Source: Azolla caroliniana
Lineage: Eukaryota > Plantae > Polypodiophyta
DNA: 64,000 nt
Assembly (NCBI GenBank): GCA_043228905.1
Contig: JBHGNT010000003.1
Location: forward strand, 5,456,001-5,520,000
Direction of reading: 5' to 3'
Part shown: in pieces, positions 45,213-58,174 of the stretch
How the letters are laid out: every line of letters begins with the position of its first letter
Position numbering within the stretch: the first letter of the stretch is position 1
The notes under the pieces: model-generated
Database searches by the model: none
What the model saw: the letters and a program-made list of their open reading frames with translations, nothing else
Told to the model about the DNA's origin: nothing
Program-made: the position numbers and the translations under genes

Positions 45213-48200
45213 TGTTACCGATTAGGAACATGGTCTTCAGTCAATCCTTCAACCTAGACCTCAAGGTGACTGTGTAGCTCCGAATGGTATCGTTGTGCCG
45301 TAAAGCTTAATGGGATACATCTCCGTATCCTAGTAATGTATAAGAGAGACGGCTACAACCGAACTCCCTAGACAGCGCACTCGTCACAACACTCACACTT
45401 ACACCTATGCTTTCTTACGATTACATTGATTACAATACGCCACCAAGAATCACAAACACACAGTAGATTAACCACAGATATGCAAAGGATATCAGACAGG
45501 ATAAAACTCTATTAAGATACGCTCTATGCACCAAAATTTACACGCTGCCTCTAACAGAGGATTACTGCCCTTTATATGCACAGGGTCTTTTTAGCCGTTT
45601 ACGCTTCCCGTGTGAACCGTTTAAATGCATTACAATTTTACTATATTCTATATTTCTGCGCTCTTGTCCGTCGGTTACTATTCCGGCCGACAACACCTGG
45701 CGCGCTTGTGGGATAGTGCCATGGCACGTCGGACCCACCCCTTTAATCTTCCTCCAAAATCGCCCGGATGTTTGGTTCTTCTCCGGTTTCCGGGTTCGGG
45801 GAAGGCGTAGTGTCCGTAGGCGCGTCGTTGCGTGGTTCCACTACATGCTCAGAGGGCTGCCTATGGTGTCGCTAGCTTCTTGTGTGGGCAGTCCGGACTC
45901 TGGTGGCTCATCTTGTGCTATGGTGGCTGGTTCCGCCGTTGGCGGGATCGCAATAGGTCGGGGTTATGTCTCTTCTGTAACCTCCTCCATGTTGTCGGTC
46001 GTAGTCGTGCGCTCTGGTGAGTGAGGCTTGGGTTCCTCTTGGTCGGCAGTTTCGCTTTCTGGTATTGCGGGGGGCTCCACTTGCTGTTCCGTGTTATGCA
46101 TCGTAGTGGTTCTTTCCGGTGACATGGGCTGAGGTTCCTCTTGTTCGGCAATATCTGGAATTGGTATCGCAATGGATTCCTTGTTATTTCGCATGCTGCC
46201 GGCTTGCGTGATTTGGTGAAACAGATCCTCCTGACTTTCACCAAAATCGTTTAGTAGCTGTGCAGGTTCCTTGGAGTGTTGGTCTGCTAGCGCATGATAA
46301 TCCTGCGCTAGGTCCTCGTGTACTGCCACAATGCTTTTCTCATTGAGCTTGTAGAACCCGCAGTCGTCTTTCCTTCGGTTCTCCCAGTTTGCCCGGTATG
46401 TATGCAACTCTGCCGCTTGTGCGGCCCACGCCATCCAACATTTATCGAGCGCTGCTTTTAATTGCGTCGTAAACCTCTCCCGATTTGTTTGAAGAAGTAT
46501 GCGCACGTTGTTGGTTATTGCTTGGCAACGGTTGCGTGCTTCTTCTACGGTCTTCCTGAGGTTGTCAATTTCTTGTTTGCTAACCGCTGCCGCTTCCTCA
46601 TAAGTGCTCCTCATTCCTGCCCATAGTTGAGATTCCTTCGAATGTAATTCCTCCAGTCTGCCCATTTCATTGTTCTGCCAGATTTCGAGCTGATGCCTTC
46701 TCTCCTGTTCCCCTACAATCTGCTCGTCGAACCATGCTTTCTTCTTCTTCAATAAATCCTAGAGTCCCGTGATTGCGCTTCCGATTTTTTCGCTTCCTCT
46801 CGTAATTGGGCATTTTCTTCTTTCATTCGGGTGTGTTGTGCTGCCTCTGCTACAAGTTTCTCTTCATGGGTCTTTATTGCCCTTTGGCCGTTGGCCTAGA
46901 TGTCCTTTTCTCTGTTCGAGGACTGACGAAGTTCAGAGCGGAGATGGTCAATCTCTGATTCCGCCAATTGCCCGACCCGTTTTGCTTTTGAGGCAATGGC
47001 AGTCTGAGCTTCAATTTCTTCTCTCCAGGCCTCGATGGTGTTGGCTATTGGTTGAGCTGCTTGTTGTGCCGTAGTCGCGTTATGCTCCAGCTCCGCGATG
47101 CGTGCGTTGGCCTTTTGTAACTCGGCTTGGGTCAATTTGACAGTCTTCTAGACACTTTTATTTTTAATTGCCATATCCTTGGCGCCCATATTGACCTTCA
47201 CCAGTTCCCTATGAACTTTGACAAGGGCCACGTTTAATGGGGGTAGTTCCATCCCCATTCGGCATATACCAGCGTTCCTCTATCTGCTGACTCTGGCTAA
47301 CTGATCCTCATCGTCGCTTTCCACCGTTTGTGTTAGCGCGCGCTCGATCATTTGGCGCTCCGCGTGCTCCCTGGCCATTCATTGTGAGACTTTTATTTGT
47401 TGCATTGCCAAAAATTCCATGAGTTCAAAAGTGGTTCTGAACTGTAATAGTGTGCCGAACTCATGGGCCGTGTCTAGAATGTCCGGATACACCAGGACCT
47501 CGCATTTTGCCGTAAATACGCCTTTCCCCCGCCGTGACTAGGCCGTAATGATCGGCCGTGGTTCACGGATTATTTTGAATGTGGTGTTGAGCTCCGTACC
47601 TACGGAACTTGGCTATTTCGCGGAAGAAGGGGTCGGGGATTTCCTTCGTTCTATATGCCTTGGCCGACGCCGAATATGGCCCGAATATGCCTTTCACCTA
47701 GAGACGACAGGTCAAGATTTTTCCGGATGGATGTGTTGGTGACCGTGTTGATGTTGAGCTCCCTAGAGATGTCCATGGCGTCAGGGTGTGGAGGTGCCTC
47801 CACGACTCTGATGTACCCATCCAAGCGTTTCTCCACGAGCCATCGGCGCAAAGCGACAAAGATGGGTATCGGCATAGTCAGATTAGGCTCGTGGCTAATG
47901 GGTGAGGATTGCTGGTTATGGCGAACTTGAGCTCTGTGATAGGATGGAGAAGAGGGTGAGGAAGGGGAGCGATAAGAGCGATGAGAGCTAGAAGGTTGGT
48001 TTCTATAGTGTGCAGAAAACCTTCTATTTCCTTCTTTTTGTGACCTAGGGTTCACTGGTGCCGCGTGTTCTTGGCCTAGAAGTCTGTGCATGCCTTAAGT
48101 CCTTTTAAGAGTGTCGCTATCTTCTTCTTCTTTTTTCTTCTTTTTTTCGTAACGGTTACCTACAATATTATTTTTACACTATAGTACAAGTGGGGCCTTA

Positions 48201-49380
48201 TATTCACTCCTCGGATTCTCTGGCTTTGCCCTGTCCGGCGGGGAATGGGTTAGGTGGTGTAGGTCCCAGATAGGGTTTAAGGCGAAACCCATTCACACTT
48301 TGATGTAACACTTCCTCGAGCAATGTGCCAAGTTGAAACGTGCCATGTTCTGCTCCCACTATCCAGTAGGGGCCTGTCCAGCAGAATCTTAATTTTCCTG
48401 GCATATGCCCCACGCGTGTTTGGAAAAACCAATACCGCTTTTCCAATAGTAAAATCTTTTTCACACGCATGCCGGTGTCGGTCCATGAATGCTTTCCGCC
48501 GCCGTTGTTCCTTCTCCAATATAGCCATACTATGTAACCTTGTTTCTCCTAGCTCTAGCAGTTGTTGTAGCCGTACTTGTTCGGATTTGCCCTCTGGTAG
48601 CCGGGCTCGTACTTGAATCCGAAGACTAGGTACCTGGAATTCGACTGGCATCACGGCCTCCAGACCAAAGGCAAGCCTGAACGGCATTGATTGTATCTTG
48701 GTCTTATAACTGGCACGGTATGCCCATAACGTGCTGTGCAATTTGGTGTCCCAATCCGTTCTGTTCTCATTGACTATCTTTTTGAGGATAGTTTGTAGGG
48801 TTTTGTTTGTGGATTCTACCAAGCCATTTTCCTGTGGGTAATACGGCGTACTTTTTTTGTGCACCACAACGTAATGTTGGGTTAGTTCGTTGATGACCGT
48901 ATTCAGAAAGTGACTCCCTTGGTCACTAATGAGCTCGATAGGGCAGCCGAAACGACACCAGATGTGTTCGTAAAGGAATTTCGTTGTGACTGCCGAAGTA
49001 TTCTCGCGTAGTGGTTTCACTTCTACCCACTTGGTACAGTAATCCGTGGCCACCGGGATGTACTTATTGCTTGTTCGAGCGGCCACCAGGGTAAAGGGTC
49101 CCACGAAATCTAGCCCCCACTTATGGAAAGGATCTAGTGGCAACACTGGTTGGTGTGGCATTCTTGCGACTTCCGTGGCCTACACTAGTGGTTGGCATAA
49201 ATCACACTATCGGCAATATTCATACGCCTCCTTTTGCGTCATCAGCCACCAAAGTCCTGCTTGCCAAATTTTCCGGGCCGTAACATCGCCCGCGTAATGT
49301 CCTCCCACCGTACCACAGTGGGCTTCGCTTAGAACCGCGGCCTTCTCATCCTGCAGTATTCTGCGCCTCTAAATGTCGTC
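45213..49380 (-). mobile_element. Gypsy C: 3' half of a Phygy/Athila-like element (integrase, deleted extra ORF, LTR)
   Basis: Integrase ORFs at 48204-49161. Extra ORF pieces at 45743-47875 ending EPNIRAILEED*. LTR 45213-45695. Confidence 0.87.
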
Positions 49381-50780
49381 AAAAGACTTAAAAGTAATAA
49401 ACATATTATCATCCTCCCCGCAGACAAAAATGTACGTGTTTGTGTCTTAAACAAACAAACATACCGAGATAAAGCCCTAGCTCACCTATCCAATACATCC
49501 ACTTATAAACCCGTAGATGCCTTCCCCTTAGAAGAACTCCTACATAGATTAAAAACCTTAATGAATAAACACCTGGGAACCCTCTCCCTCATAGAAATAA
49601 AATTCATCTTACACAAACCATCCAACGAATACCGAATCCCCACCATGTACTTCCTACCCAAAGTACACAAAGAACCCACTGGCTATAGGCCTATCTGTTT
49701 TTACAACGGTTCGTTATTTGAACAAACTTCTAAGTGGCTACACCACCAACTCCTCCCCATACTCCTCCAACAAAAACAATACCTTAGAGACTCATTTTCC
49801 TTAGTACAATCCCTAGAAAAACTTACGACACCACCCAATAGCTTCATCTTTTCGTTTGACGTAGAATCCCTCTACCTGAGTATTCCACCAAAACTAGGAC
49901 TACTCGCCCTAAAACACCTAATTACCCCCCATTTCTCAAAACAAAAAGCCAACCTCATCTATACTCTCAGCGCCTTAACCTTAGAATATCAATTCCTTAA
50001 ATTTAATAACCAAATCTATCAACAAATTAAGGGCACAACCATGGGAAGCAATTTTTCCGTCGTATATGCTTGCCTTTTTTTGTCATACCCCGAGAATGCC
50101 AACCCATCTCCCCATTTATTTTATTTCATGAGATATATTGACGATGCCTTTGGTATATGGACTGGTACGAAAACACTACTCTTAGCCTACCTAAATTTCT
50201 AAAGTATTAACACTCAAAACTCCATTAAACTAACCATCCAAACCTCTCTCACTAAACTCCCTTTTCTCAACCTTTGGATAAACTTAGATAATAATAGTTT
50301 CACCTTTAATTGTTTTAAAAAAGAACTTAATACTTACCAATATATACCCTTTACCTCGACACATCCTATTCACGTCAAAAAAAGTTTCCTCTTCAACGAA
50401 CTTAAAAGATACATTATTAGAGAAAGTACATCCCAAGGTTATTTAAAAATGCAACAACTATTTTTTAATAAACTACGAGCACAAGGATACCGTACACACT
50501 TTATCCTCAATATATTAAAAAAACACCCCTATTCCCTTAGACCAACTCTCCTCTCAAACAAAACCATTAACCAAACCCCCACACCCATAATCTTTAAACT
50601 AAAATTCACTCACCAAGCCCCTAATCTAGGAATAAAAGAAACCCTTACTAGCCTACAGTTAAACCTCCTAGAAGTCCCTCTACTACAACACATCCCCAAA
50701 CCATAATTTGTTGGACTAAATCTAAAAATCTAGACTCTTTACTAGTTAACACAAAAAACATTAGTATAGATCCACACTAA
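49381..50780 (+). pseudogene. Penelope-like element reverse transcriptase (Chlamys/Coprina-like), 5'-truncated, with no C-terminal GIY-YIG
   Basis: IILPADKN, YFLPKVHK, YRPI, FDVESLYLSIP, QIKGTTMGS, RYIDD, LPFL, YIPFTSTHP..KKSFL..ELKRY..LRAQGY. One stop (50200) and one frameshift (~50703). Confidence 0.85.
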
Positions 50781-51014
50781 CTCCTCTCTCTTTATTTAAT
50801 TTTTTTAAAAAAACCACAAGGTTTATCTCCCTATATTTACCACATGAGAATCTCCCCCTATCTCCTCCCTCTCTACCCTCACATTTCTGCTCTCTAACTT
50901 TCCCTTTCTCTATCTCTATCTCCTCCTTCCCTTCCATTCTCTTTCTCTCTCTACCTTTACCTTTCTCCCTCTCTAAATCATTTCTTTTTCCTCTCTCTAC
51001 CTTTACTTTTTCTC

Positions 51015-51444
51015 CATGGTAGTAACATACGTAGCATATCGTACGCATACAATACGTATGCTACGTATTTTATAAGTATTCTAAAAAAAATATATAAGTT
51101 CTTAGAATACGTATTTAAAGGTAAAATACGTTGAATACGTTGAGTACGTTGAATACATCGAATACTTAAACATCATTGATGTTGAATGCAAAGATACTCG
51201 GAATTTGAATATTATATAGTAAATTCCAATTATCTTTATTGCCCATAGATAAATGGTGTTTCAATATTTACATAATTATTTTCTTTTTCTCTACTAAAAA
51301 AGCCCTATAAAATTAATTTTTAAATTATTTACAAATTTAGGCTTAGAAAAAAAGGCAGTTCCAAAAGGTTGAATACGTTTAGAATACGTGTGGGTATTCT
51401 AAAACGTAGTCTATCTATAAAGTACGTGTTTTTTAACAACAATG
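51015..51444. mobile_element. Non-autonomous hAT-like MITE
   Basis: Imperfect TIRs CATGGTAGTAA / TAACAACAATG. 8-bp TSD TTTTTCTC/CTTTTCTC. Many subterminal AATACG/CGTAT motifs. Confidence 0.65.
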
Positions 51445-51527
51445 CTTTTCTCCCTCTCTACACTCTAGAACTCACCTCTTTTCTCTTTTCCTTTTTTTCT
51501 CCCTCTCTACCTTCTCACTCTACCTTT

Positions 51528-51572
<45 letters not shown>

Positions 51573-51595
51573 TCTTTTCTCACCTTTTTTCACTC

Positions 51596-53105
51596 TTTTT
51601 TTTTTGGTAAAATCACACTTATATTAATTGCATGTAAAAAAAAAACCCTATTACAACTTGTAAGTCAACTTTACATATCTACAAAGAAAGAAAGAAAGAA
51701 AGAAAGAGAGATACATAGTCATATCATTACAAACCATGAATATGTCTCTCGACATCCCCTAACCTGTCTTATCAGACCAAATGACGAATGTGATGTCCAA
51801 CTAACTTGCATACTTGTCTCTCTTCATGATTGAATATGCTTGACATCTCCAACAATGAAAATTGTCATAAAAGGAACCCTTTCAATCTCAACAAATAACA
51901 ATGTACTCCCCTTTGTTCATAAAATATAAAAGCATTTCACATATGCCAAATAAACCAAAGCCCATAATACCTCAAATAATCCAAAATAATCTGAAAAGAA
52001 GGTGAAAGACCTCCTAATTCCACTTGTGCAAAAACCCATTTGAAAGGAGATTGTATCACTCTTGTCAAGGACGTCCATATTGCATTGATAAACTTCTAAA
52101 CCATCTTTGTAACAGGACATGAAATAAATCGATGCCGACTATGCTCTACTTCTACCGTACAAAAGAAACAGAAACCACTAGTAATTTTACTTTTGCATAA
52201 AGCATCACCCAATGGCAATCCACCAACCATAACCCTCCAAATAAACACCTTCGCTCTAAATGATAAATGTGAACACCAACCCTTCTGAAGTACATTATTC
52301 CACCAAATTGTTGGCCTATGAAAAGACCATACCTTAATTACCCTATTTTCTAACCACATATGTTTCCCAATAATTGTATGATAAACCTCATTCGTTGAAA
52401 CCATACTTAAGTTGTTCCCCCCCCCCCACAAATGTCCAATCAAGATATAGAGAATCTTCATTCAAATGTGGCACATGCCCTTGCAACATTGATAATCCTT
52501 GTAATGTATCCCAAATGTGCCGATAATTGCGTGGAATTCCAAATGTTGATCTAGCAGTACGAAAAGCCATCAACCTTCTTTGAAAAGTCAAAATTGCATC
52601 TTTTTAGTGATAGCAATCCTAATAGAGCCATTCGATTAAATTGATGTTGCAAAGATTGTTTACTTTCCCAATCAAACATCCTTGATGTTGCCAAAATCTC
52701 TAGTTGTAGAGAATTTGCATGCTCTCTATGTGATGGAGGATCCCACTTGACAAATTCTACCACATTCTGCCAAGATGATAATAATTGATTAACAACCCAA
52801 GACATTGAACACTTCACTTGCCTTTTGGAGTTGACTACATTCCACCAATGTGTTTCTACTCTTACTTTCCCAAACTTGATGCCAATTCTCTCAATAAAGA
52901 AAATCACCATTTCTATCCATGGTTGTGTGTTTGCAAACATAGAATTGAGTAATGAAAACCTCTTAGCTACCATATGCTCATATACATTCAATAATGCTAC
53001 TCCACCAAGCTGTTTTGGAATAACCCTAACACATTATATCCCCGCCAACATCATTACCAAGCCGTTTTGGAGTAACACTAAAAATGGCTTGCTTGATTGC
53101 TAATA
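51596..53105 (-). mobile_element. L1-type LINE 3' fragment with poly(A) tail
   Basis: zf-RVT-like KVFIWR...LP...CFFC...EHSRHRFISC at 52096-52461. T10 at 51596-51605. Confidence 0.8.
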
Positions 53106-55975
53106 AGCTCTATCGGACAACCAAAACGGCACCAAATTTGTTCGTACAAGAATTTCGCCGTAGATGCCACGGTGTTATCTCGTAATACTTTTGCCTCCAC
53201 CCATTTCGTGCACTAATCCGTGGTGACTAGGATATATTTGTTCCCTGTACGGGCCGCTGCTAGGGTAAAGGGGCCAACAAAATCGAGGCCCCATTTCTGG
53301 ACAAGGTCAAGTAGGAGCACTAGCTGGTGAGGCATGCGTGCAAGCTCCGTCGGTTGGCCCATGTGTTGGTAGAGGTCGCACTCTTTACAGTATTCATATG
53401 TATCCTTTTGCAGAGTTGACCACCAAAGACCTGCTTGCCATACTTTCCGGGCCGTAACATCCCCCGCATAATGGCCTTCTCTCGTGCCGTAGTGAGCCTT
53501 TTGTAAGACTGCGTTCTTCTTGTTCAGCCGTATACCTCGCCTCCAGATACCATCACTCCTTTTATGGTATAACACTCCTTCGACTAAACAGAAATTCCAG
53601 CTCCCTACCGCAAGTCTTTTCTTTTCGTCCGTTGGTAGCTGCGGTGGAGGCAGTCTCGTGGTCAAGAAGTAGGTCATTTCCAGTCCGGCGGTGCCCCGTA
53701 TGCAATTTTCTACTACTTGTCGGAACCGTGGAACCAGTCGTAATAGCTTGTCCATGGTCAGTGTAATTTCGCAATCCACGACTGCTAGCCATATCGGGTC
53801 TGGCGATAATGTCATGGCTTTGATCTATGTGGTGGTGTTCGCCGATTCTTGCCGCATTCGCTCTGTGTTAACTCCATTTCCTTTCTCCACCCAGGCCTGG
53901 GCCGTTTTGCGTATGTCATCTTGTTCTGCCCATTCTATGCTTTTCACCTGATTGTGTGTTGTGACCTGTTGGACAACTGTCGTAATGGTATTCACAACTG
54001 GTCCCTTGCCTTTATCGTGCCGTGGGCATTGCATTGCATAGTGGCCTAGTTGTTGGCACACAAAGCAATGTACATTGGACTTGCCTTTCTCCACTACTAG
54101 GGCTACGGTGGTCTACACGAGTGCGGATTGCTCTTCCCGTGCTTGCTGAAACTGTCTGTGATTACGGGGCTTCTAGCGATACTCCCGACAAGGCTTTTGG
54201 CGTTGTTCATCCTCAGAACTTTCGGAATCCTCGTAACGGCGTTGGTCCCATGTTTGGTGATTACTGCCGTTCGGACGAGGCCCGGCCTATCCGCCGCGGT
54301 CGTTTCCCCCGATACTCTTCTTCTTCCTGCTCTTCCTCGTCGGAATAAGGATCGTTGCTGCGGCGGTGATTGTAGAGTCTTTCCACACACTGATTCCATT
54401 CCGTATAATGGTAATGCTCCTCCTGACGACCTTGGTCATTACGGCGGTACTGCCGTTGTGGTTCCATACGACGAATTGTCGGTGTGGGCCTATTCAGCAT
54501 ATTATATTCGCACTGCTAAACTGTATGTGCCCGTGAATGGAAAATGGGGCAATGTATCCTCATGTTACAATCTACCGCGGAATGCCCTAAGTTCAAGTAG
54601 ATTGTACATTGAATGGCCTGGCGAAACCGATATTTCTCGTTCTGGGGTAACGCTTCCCAGAACGATGCTATGGAAAACCCTTCGTCCTCCTCTTCTAATT
54701 TGAGTTGCAATGCCCGCTCAAGTTTTGCATAGCCAGTGTAGTCCGAAGGGGTCGTCTAACGCTGCCAAAAATGTGTCCTTGGCGTCGTCCTCCGTCAAGG
54801 CCCGTCCAAGCTGTTGTCGTAGACTCTAAAATCGCAGACTGAAATCAGCTACAGATTCCTTTGAAAGTTGTTTGATTTTGTAGAACTAGCCGATAATCTC
54901 ACGCTGCGGAACACTCCGATGGAAGAATCGCAGAAAGGATGATTGAAGCTGGTCGAAAGATGCCAACAATGTGAGATCAAGCTTGGAGTGTCAATGAGTT
55001 GCGCGACCATCCAAGGTTAGCCCCAACTCGACGATCTTCGATGCGCGGGCTTCTACCTCTGAAAGTCATTGTGCCATATTGTTGGCATTCCAAATGTTGA
55101 GGAACGACCGAGCGCGGCTCTCGACGTCAGTTTCACCGCTAAAACAAGGGTATGAGAAGGCCATTCTGATTGTGAAGGTTGGGTTGGGCAAGGGAAGTTG
55201 TTGCTCTGGCGGTGAGGGTTGTTGTGAGACTTAGTATCACTATATTGGTCCGGTGGAGGTAGGACTTCCAGCCCCATGCCGCTTTGCTCCGTGAGTGTGG
55301 ATTTTACCGTATACACCGGAAGAGAGAGAGCGCGGTCGTTGAGGTGAGGTTTCTACATAGCGTGTTCTTCTGTCTTTCAGGTGACGGATCTGGTCTATGG
55401 TCGATCTTGTCGAGTGGGTTCTCTATTACGTTGCTGGCTAGACATCCATTCCTTGCTGCTCGGTTGTGACGATTCACAGATCACCAAGCGTGCCAAAAGT
55501 GTTGCCGGTTAGGAACACGGCCTACCCTCAGTCCTTCGGGGTAGGTATCAAGGTGATCGTAGTACAAGGGGTGGACTTGCGTAGCATGCGTAACTATAAT
55601 GACTTATAACCCTAGAGCGTACTTACTATCCGTGGAGGTAAGGCATAAACTAGAGACGGCTATAACCGAGCTCCTATCGTGCATAACCATGCAACACGTA
55701 CTTACCTTAACACGACTACGTTTATGCAATCACACAGAGACAAACACAAGAGACAAGAGACAAAACTCAGAGAAGATAGAAACTGTATTAAAAAAATTAC
55801 GACTATGCTCAGAATTGCGCTAGCTATTACGTTGTTCCTCTGCCCTTTATATACATAGGGCTTAGTCGGTTATGCTTCACGCATGAACTGTTACACGCGT
55901 TACTTAACGCTCCTATGATAATAATATGCCATCTTTTATGCGTTATTTACATTTGTCCGCTTCCGGCGGACAACA
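53106..55975 (-). mobile_element. Internally deleted Phygy/Athila-like gypsy (5' LTR, PBS, gag fused to integrase)
   Basis: LTR 55500-55975. PBS TGGCACGCTTGGTGA at 55481-55495. Gag knuckle remnants. A junction near 53680 removes PR-RT-RH. Confidence 0.83.
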
Positions 55976-56399
55976 AACTCAAGTAAATATTGGTGAAGGG
56001 TAGGATTCTCGGCTTGGAGGTGTTCCAAAGCTTCGAGCATTTGAGGTAGGCTATTGGATGGATCAGACATGGCTTTCAAGGTGTGGTTAGCGTAGAGGGG
56101 GGGAGAGCGAAAAGGAAGGTAAACAAATAGTTAAGGACAAAAGAAGAATCAGAACTACAAGGATGTGATTGACAAACATGAAAGAGCTACAAGGACACAA
56201 GGATGCGATGGACAAGTGTGCTAGAGCTACAAAGACACAATTGACAAGCTAAAGAGCAAGTATCGTTAACTTCATTCAAGGTAAACTCAAATATTTATAC
56301 TAACCGGCATGCATGCTTGTTGCATGCATGCGATACACTAGAGCATGCATGCATATGCCACATGCGAATAATGCAATGAAGCATAACATTATAACACAA

Positions 56400-57900
56400 G
56401 AGGTCACGAGTTCGAATCTTGACATGACCGTTGTCGTGTCCGTGATAGAATCGGCTAAAGCCGATGCTTCTTCATAGCACGATAGCTCACCTCCATCCCT
56501 AAAGAAGATTCCAAGAGAGTATCTCTCGAGAGGTTGTGACAATCTTTGAGAGCTTCTTCGTATGACTAGGCTAGATGGGTCAACTATATGGGTTGGGTGG
56601 TCCGAAACTGAAGCATTCAGATGTGCCAAATCAACTAGAGCAGATTTTGTACTAGAGGATTTGGCTACACACGAAGCCGACCTTGTGTTCTGAGTCAAGG
56701 GCCATCATGAAGGGTGAGAAATTTTCAAAAATTTACCCTTTTGACTTCAATAGGCCTTTCAATCGTATTGTGCATGACCAACTTGTTGAAGACAATGTCT
56801 AAAATTTGGATGATCTATCTATTCTTTCGGCAACATTCGATTTTGCAGTTTGGTCCATAGCCAAGACAAATGCATTTCCTGAACCTTAGTTCGAGCTTTC
56901 GGCGATTGTCTTTCGGCATGAGGTCGTATACCTCACATCCAAAATCCGACTCATCAACTTGTCATAATTCGGCTTCCTAACAATCCATAATTCCTGAGGT
57001 CCTAGAAGTCCTAGAGGCATGCTCGATGACATATTAATTATGTGTATTGCCATAAGCAAGGCCTCTACCCAGAAGCCATTTGACAATCTGGAGTGTTCGG
57101 GCATAGCGGTGATTCGTTCCTGAATTGTCTGATTCATTCGATCGGCAATTCTGTTTTGCTCCTGAATATATGTTGTCACATATTCACGTTGAATGTCGTG
57201 TTATCTATAAAATTTAATGAATTCCTCTGACTTGAACTCTCCTCCATTGTCAGACCGTAACCATTTCAATTTTCGGCGGAACGGGATCTCCACCATGTTG
57301 AGCTATTACGAAAAGATTGAGAAGAATCGATCTTTGGTTCTAGACATGTATACCCACACCTTACGAGTTGAATTGTTAATGCAACTGACGAAGTAGGAGG
57401 CGTTGTCACAAGGCTAATGTGGCATCGGTCCACAAACTTCTGAATGGTCCAAATCGAGTGGACTGAGATCTCTTGGCGTTGCCGTCGAGTACGAGTTTGT
57501 GACATGTTTGCCGTATTGGTAGTGCTCGCAGAACTGGTGATTCAAAAAGGAGAGTTGGAGATGTATCTGCCTCTTGATAAATGTGTTATGCTGGCCTTGG
57601 TGAGATGTTCGAGTCGTTTGTACCATAATGATGACACGGGAATATAAACCAGAAACAAGTCCAATACAAGGATTGTACTTTTAGGCCTCGAGCAAGCAGA
57701 AGGATCCCCTTCTTCATGAGAAGTTGGCATGGATGCTATCTTTGTCAAGTTGTCTGACTAAGATCAACGGTCTTGAGAGCTCAGGTATGCGTCTTACATT
57801 GTGTAGTAGTAGTGTAGAACCACCTAGAAGATTAAGCTCTATTGTGTTTATTCTGATTATTGCATAATGTTGCAAAATGTCTTCGTCAGAGTGAGTCGGA
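56400..57900 (-). pseudogene. Highly degenerate copia integrase region
   Basis: LWYKRLEH, LDLDHSEVCGPM, SDNGGEF-like, NRIADRMNQT, FWVEA. Confidence 0.7.
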
Positions 57901-58174
57901 ATAACAGGCCAAATATTGCCGAAATTGGGATCAATGAGGGGCCACGTGGTAGGATGCACCCGAATCCAAGAGGCATGTGCTTGATTCCTCAATCATAAGT
58001 AAAACTTTGGATTCTAGTGAGTTCTCTATAAACAAGACATTCAGACCATCAGTTAGTACTTCGGTCGATTAGCTGATGTAGTTAACCTCCTCATGTTGGC
58101 CACCCTTGTTATTAGCTCATTCAGCTTTGAGGGCATGAGAATCCACTTTAACATGCCCAAGTTTTTACAATAAT

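Noticed and set aside
49381-51600. Hammerhead ribozyme or pseudo-LTR of the Penelope-like element
   Set aside because: I could not find a CTGAnGA...GAAA core with stems, or a terminal repeat, by eye.
3923-55975. LTRs at 3923 and 55500 as the two ends of one giant element
   Set aside because: The flanks CTTAG and AACTC do not form a TSD, the LTRs are visibly divergent, and both sides carry the same integrase segment.
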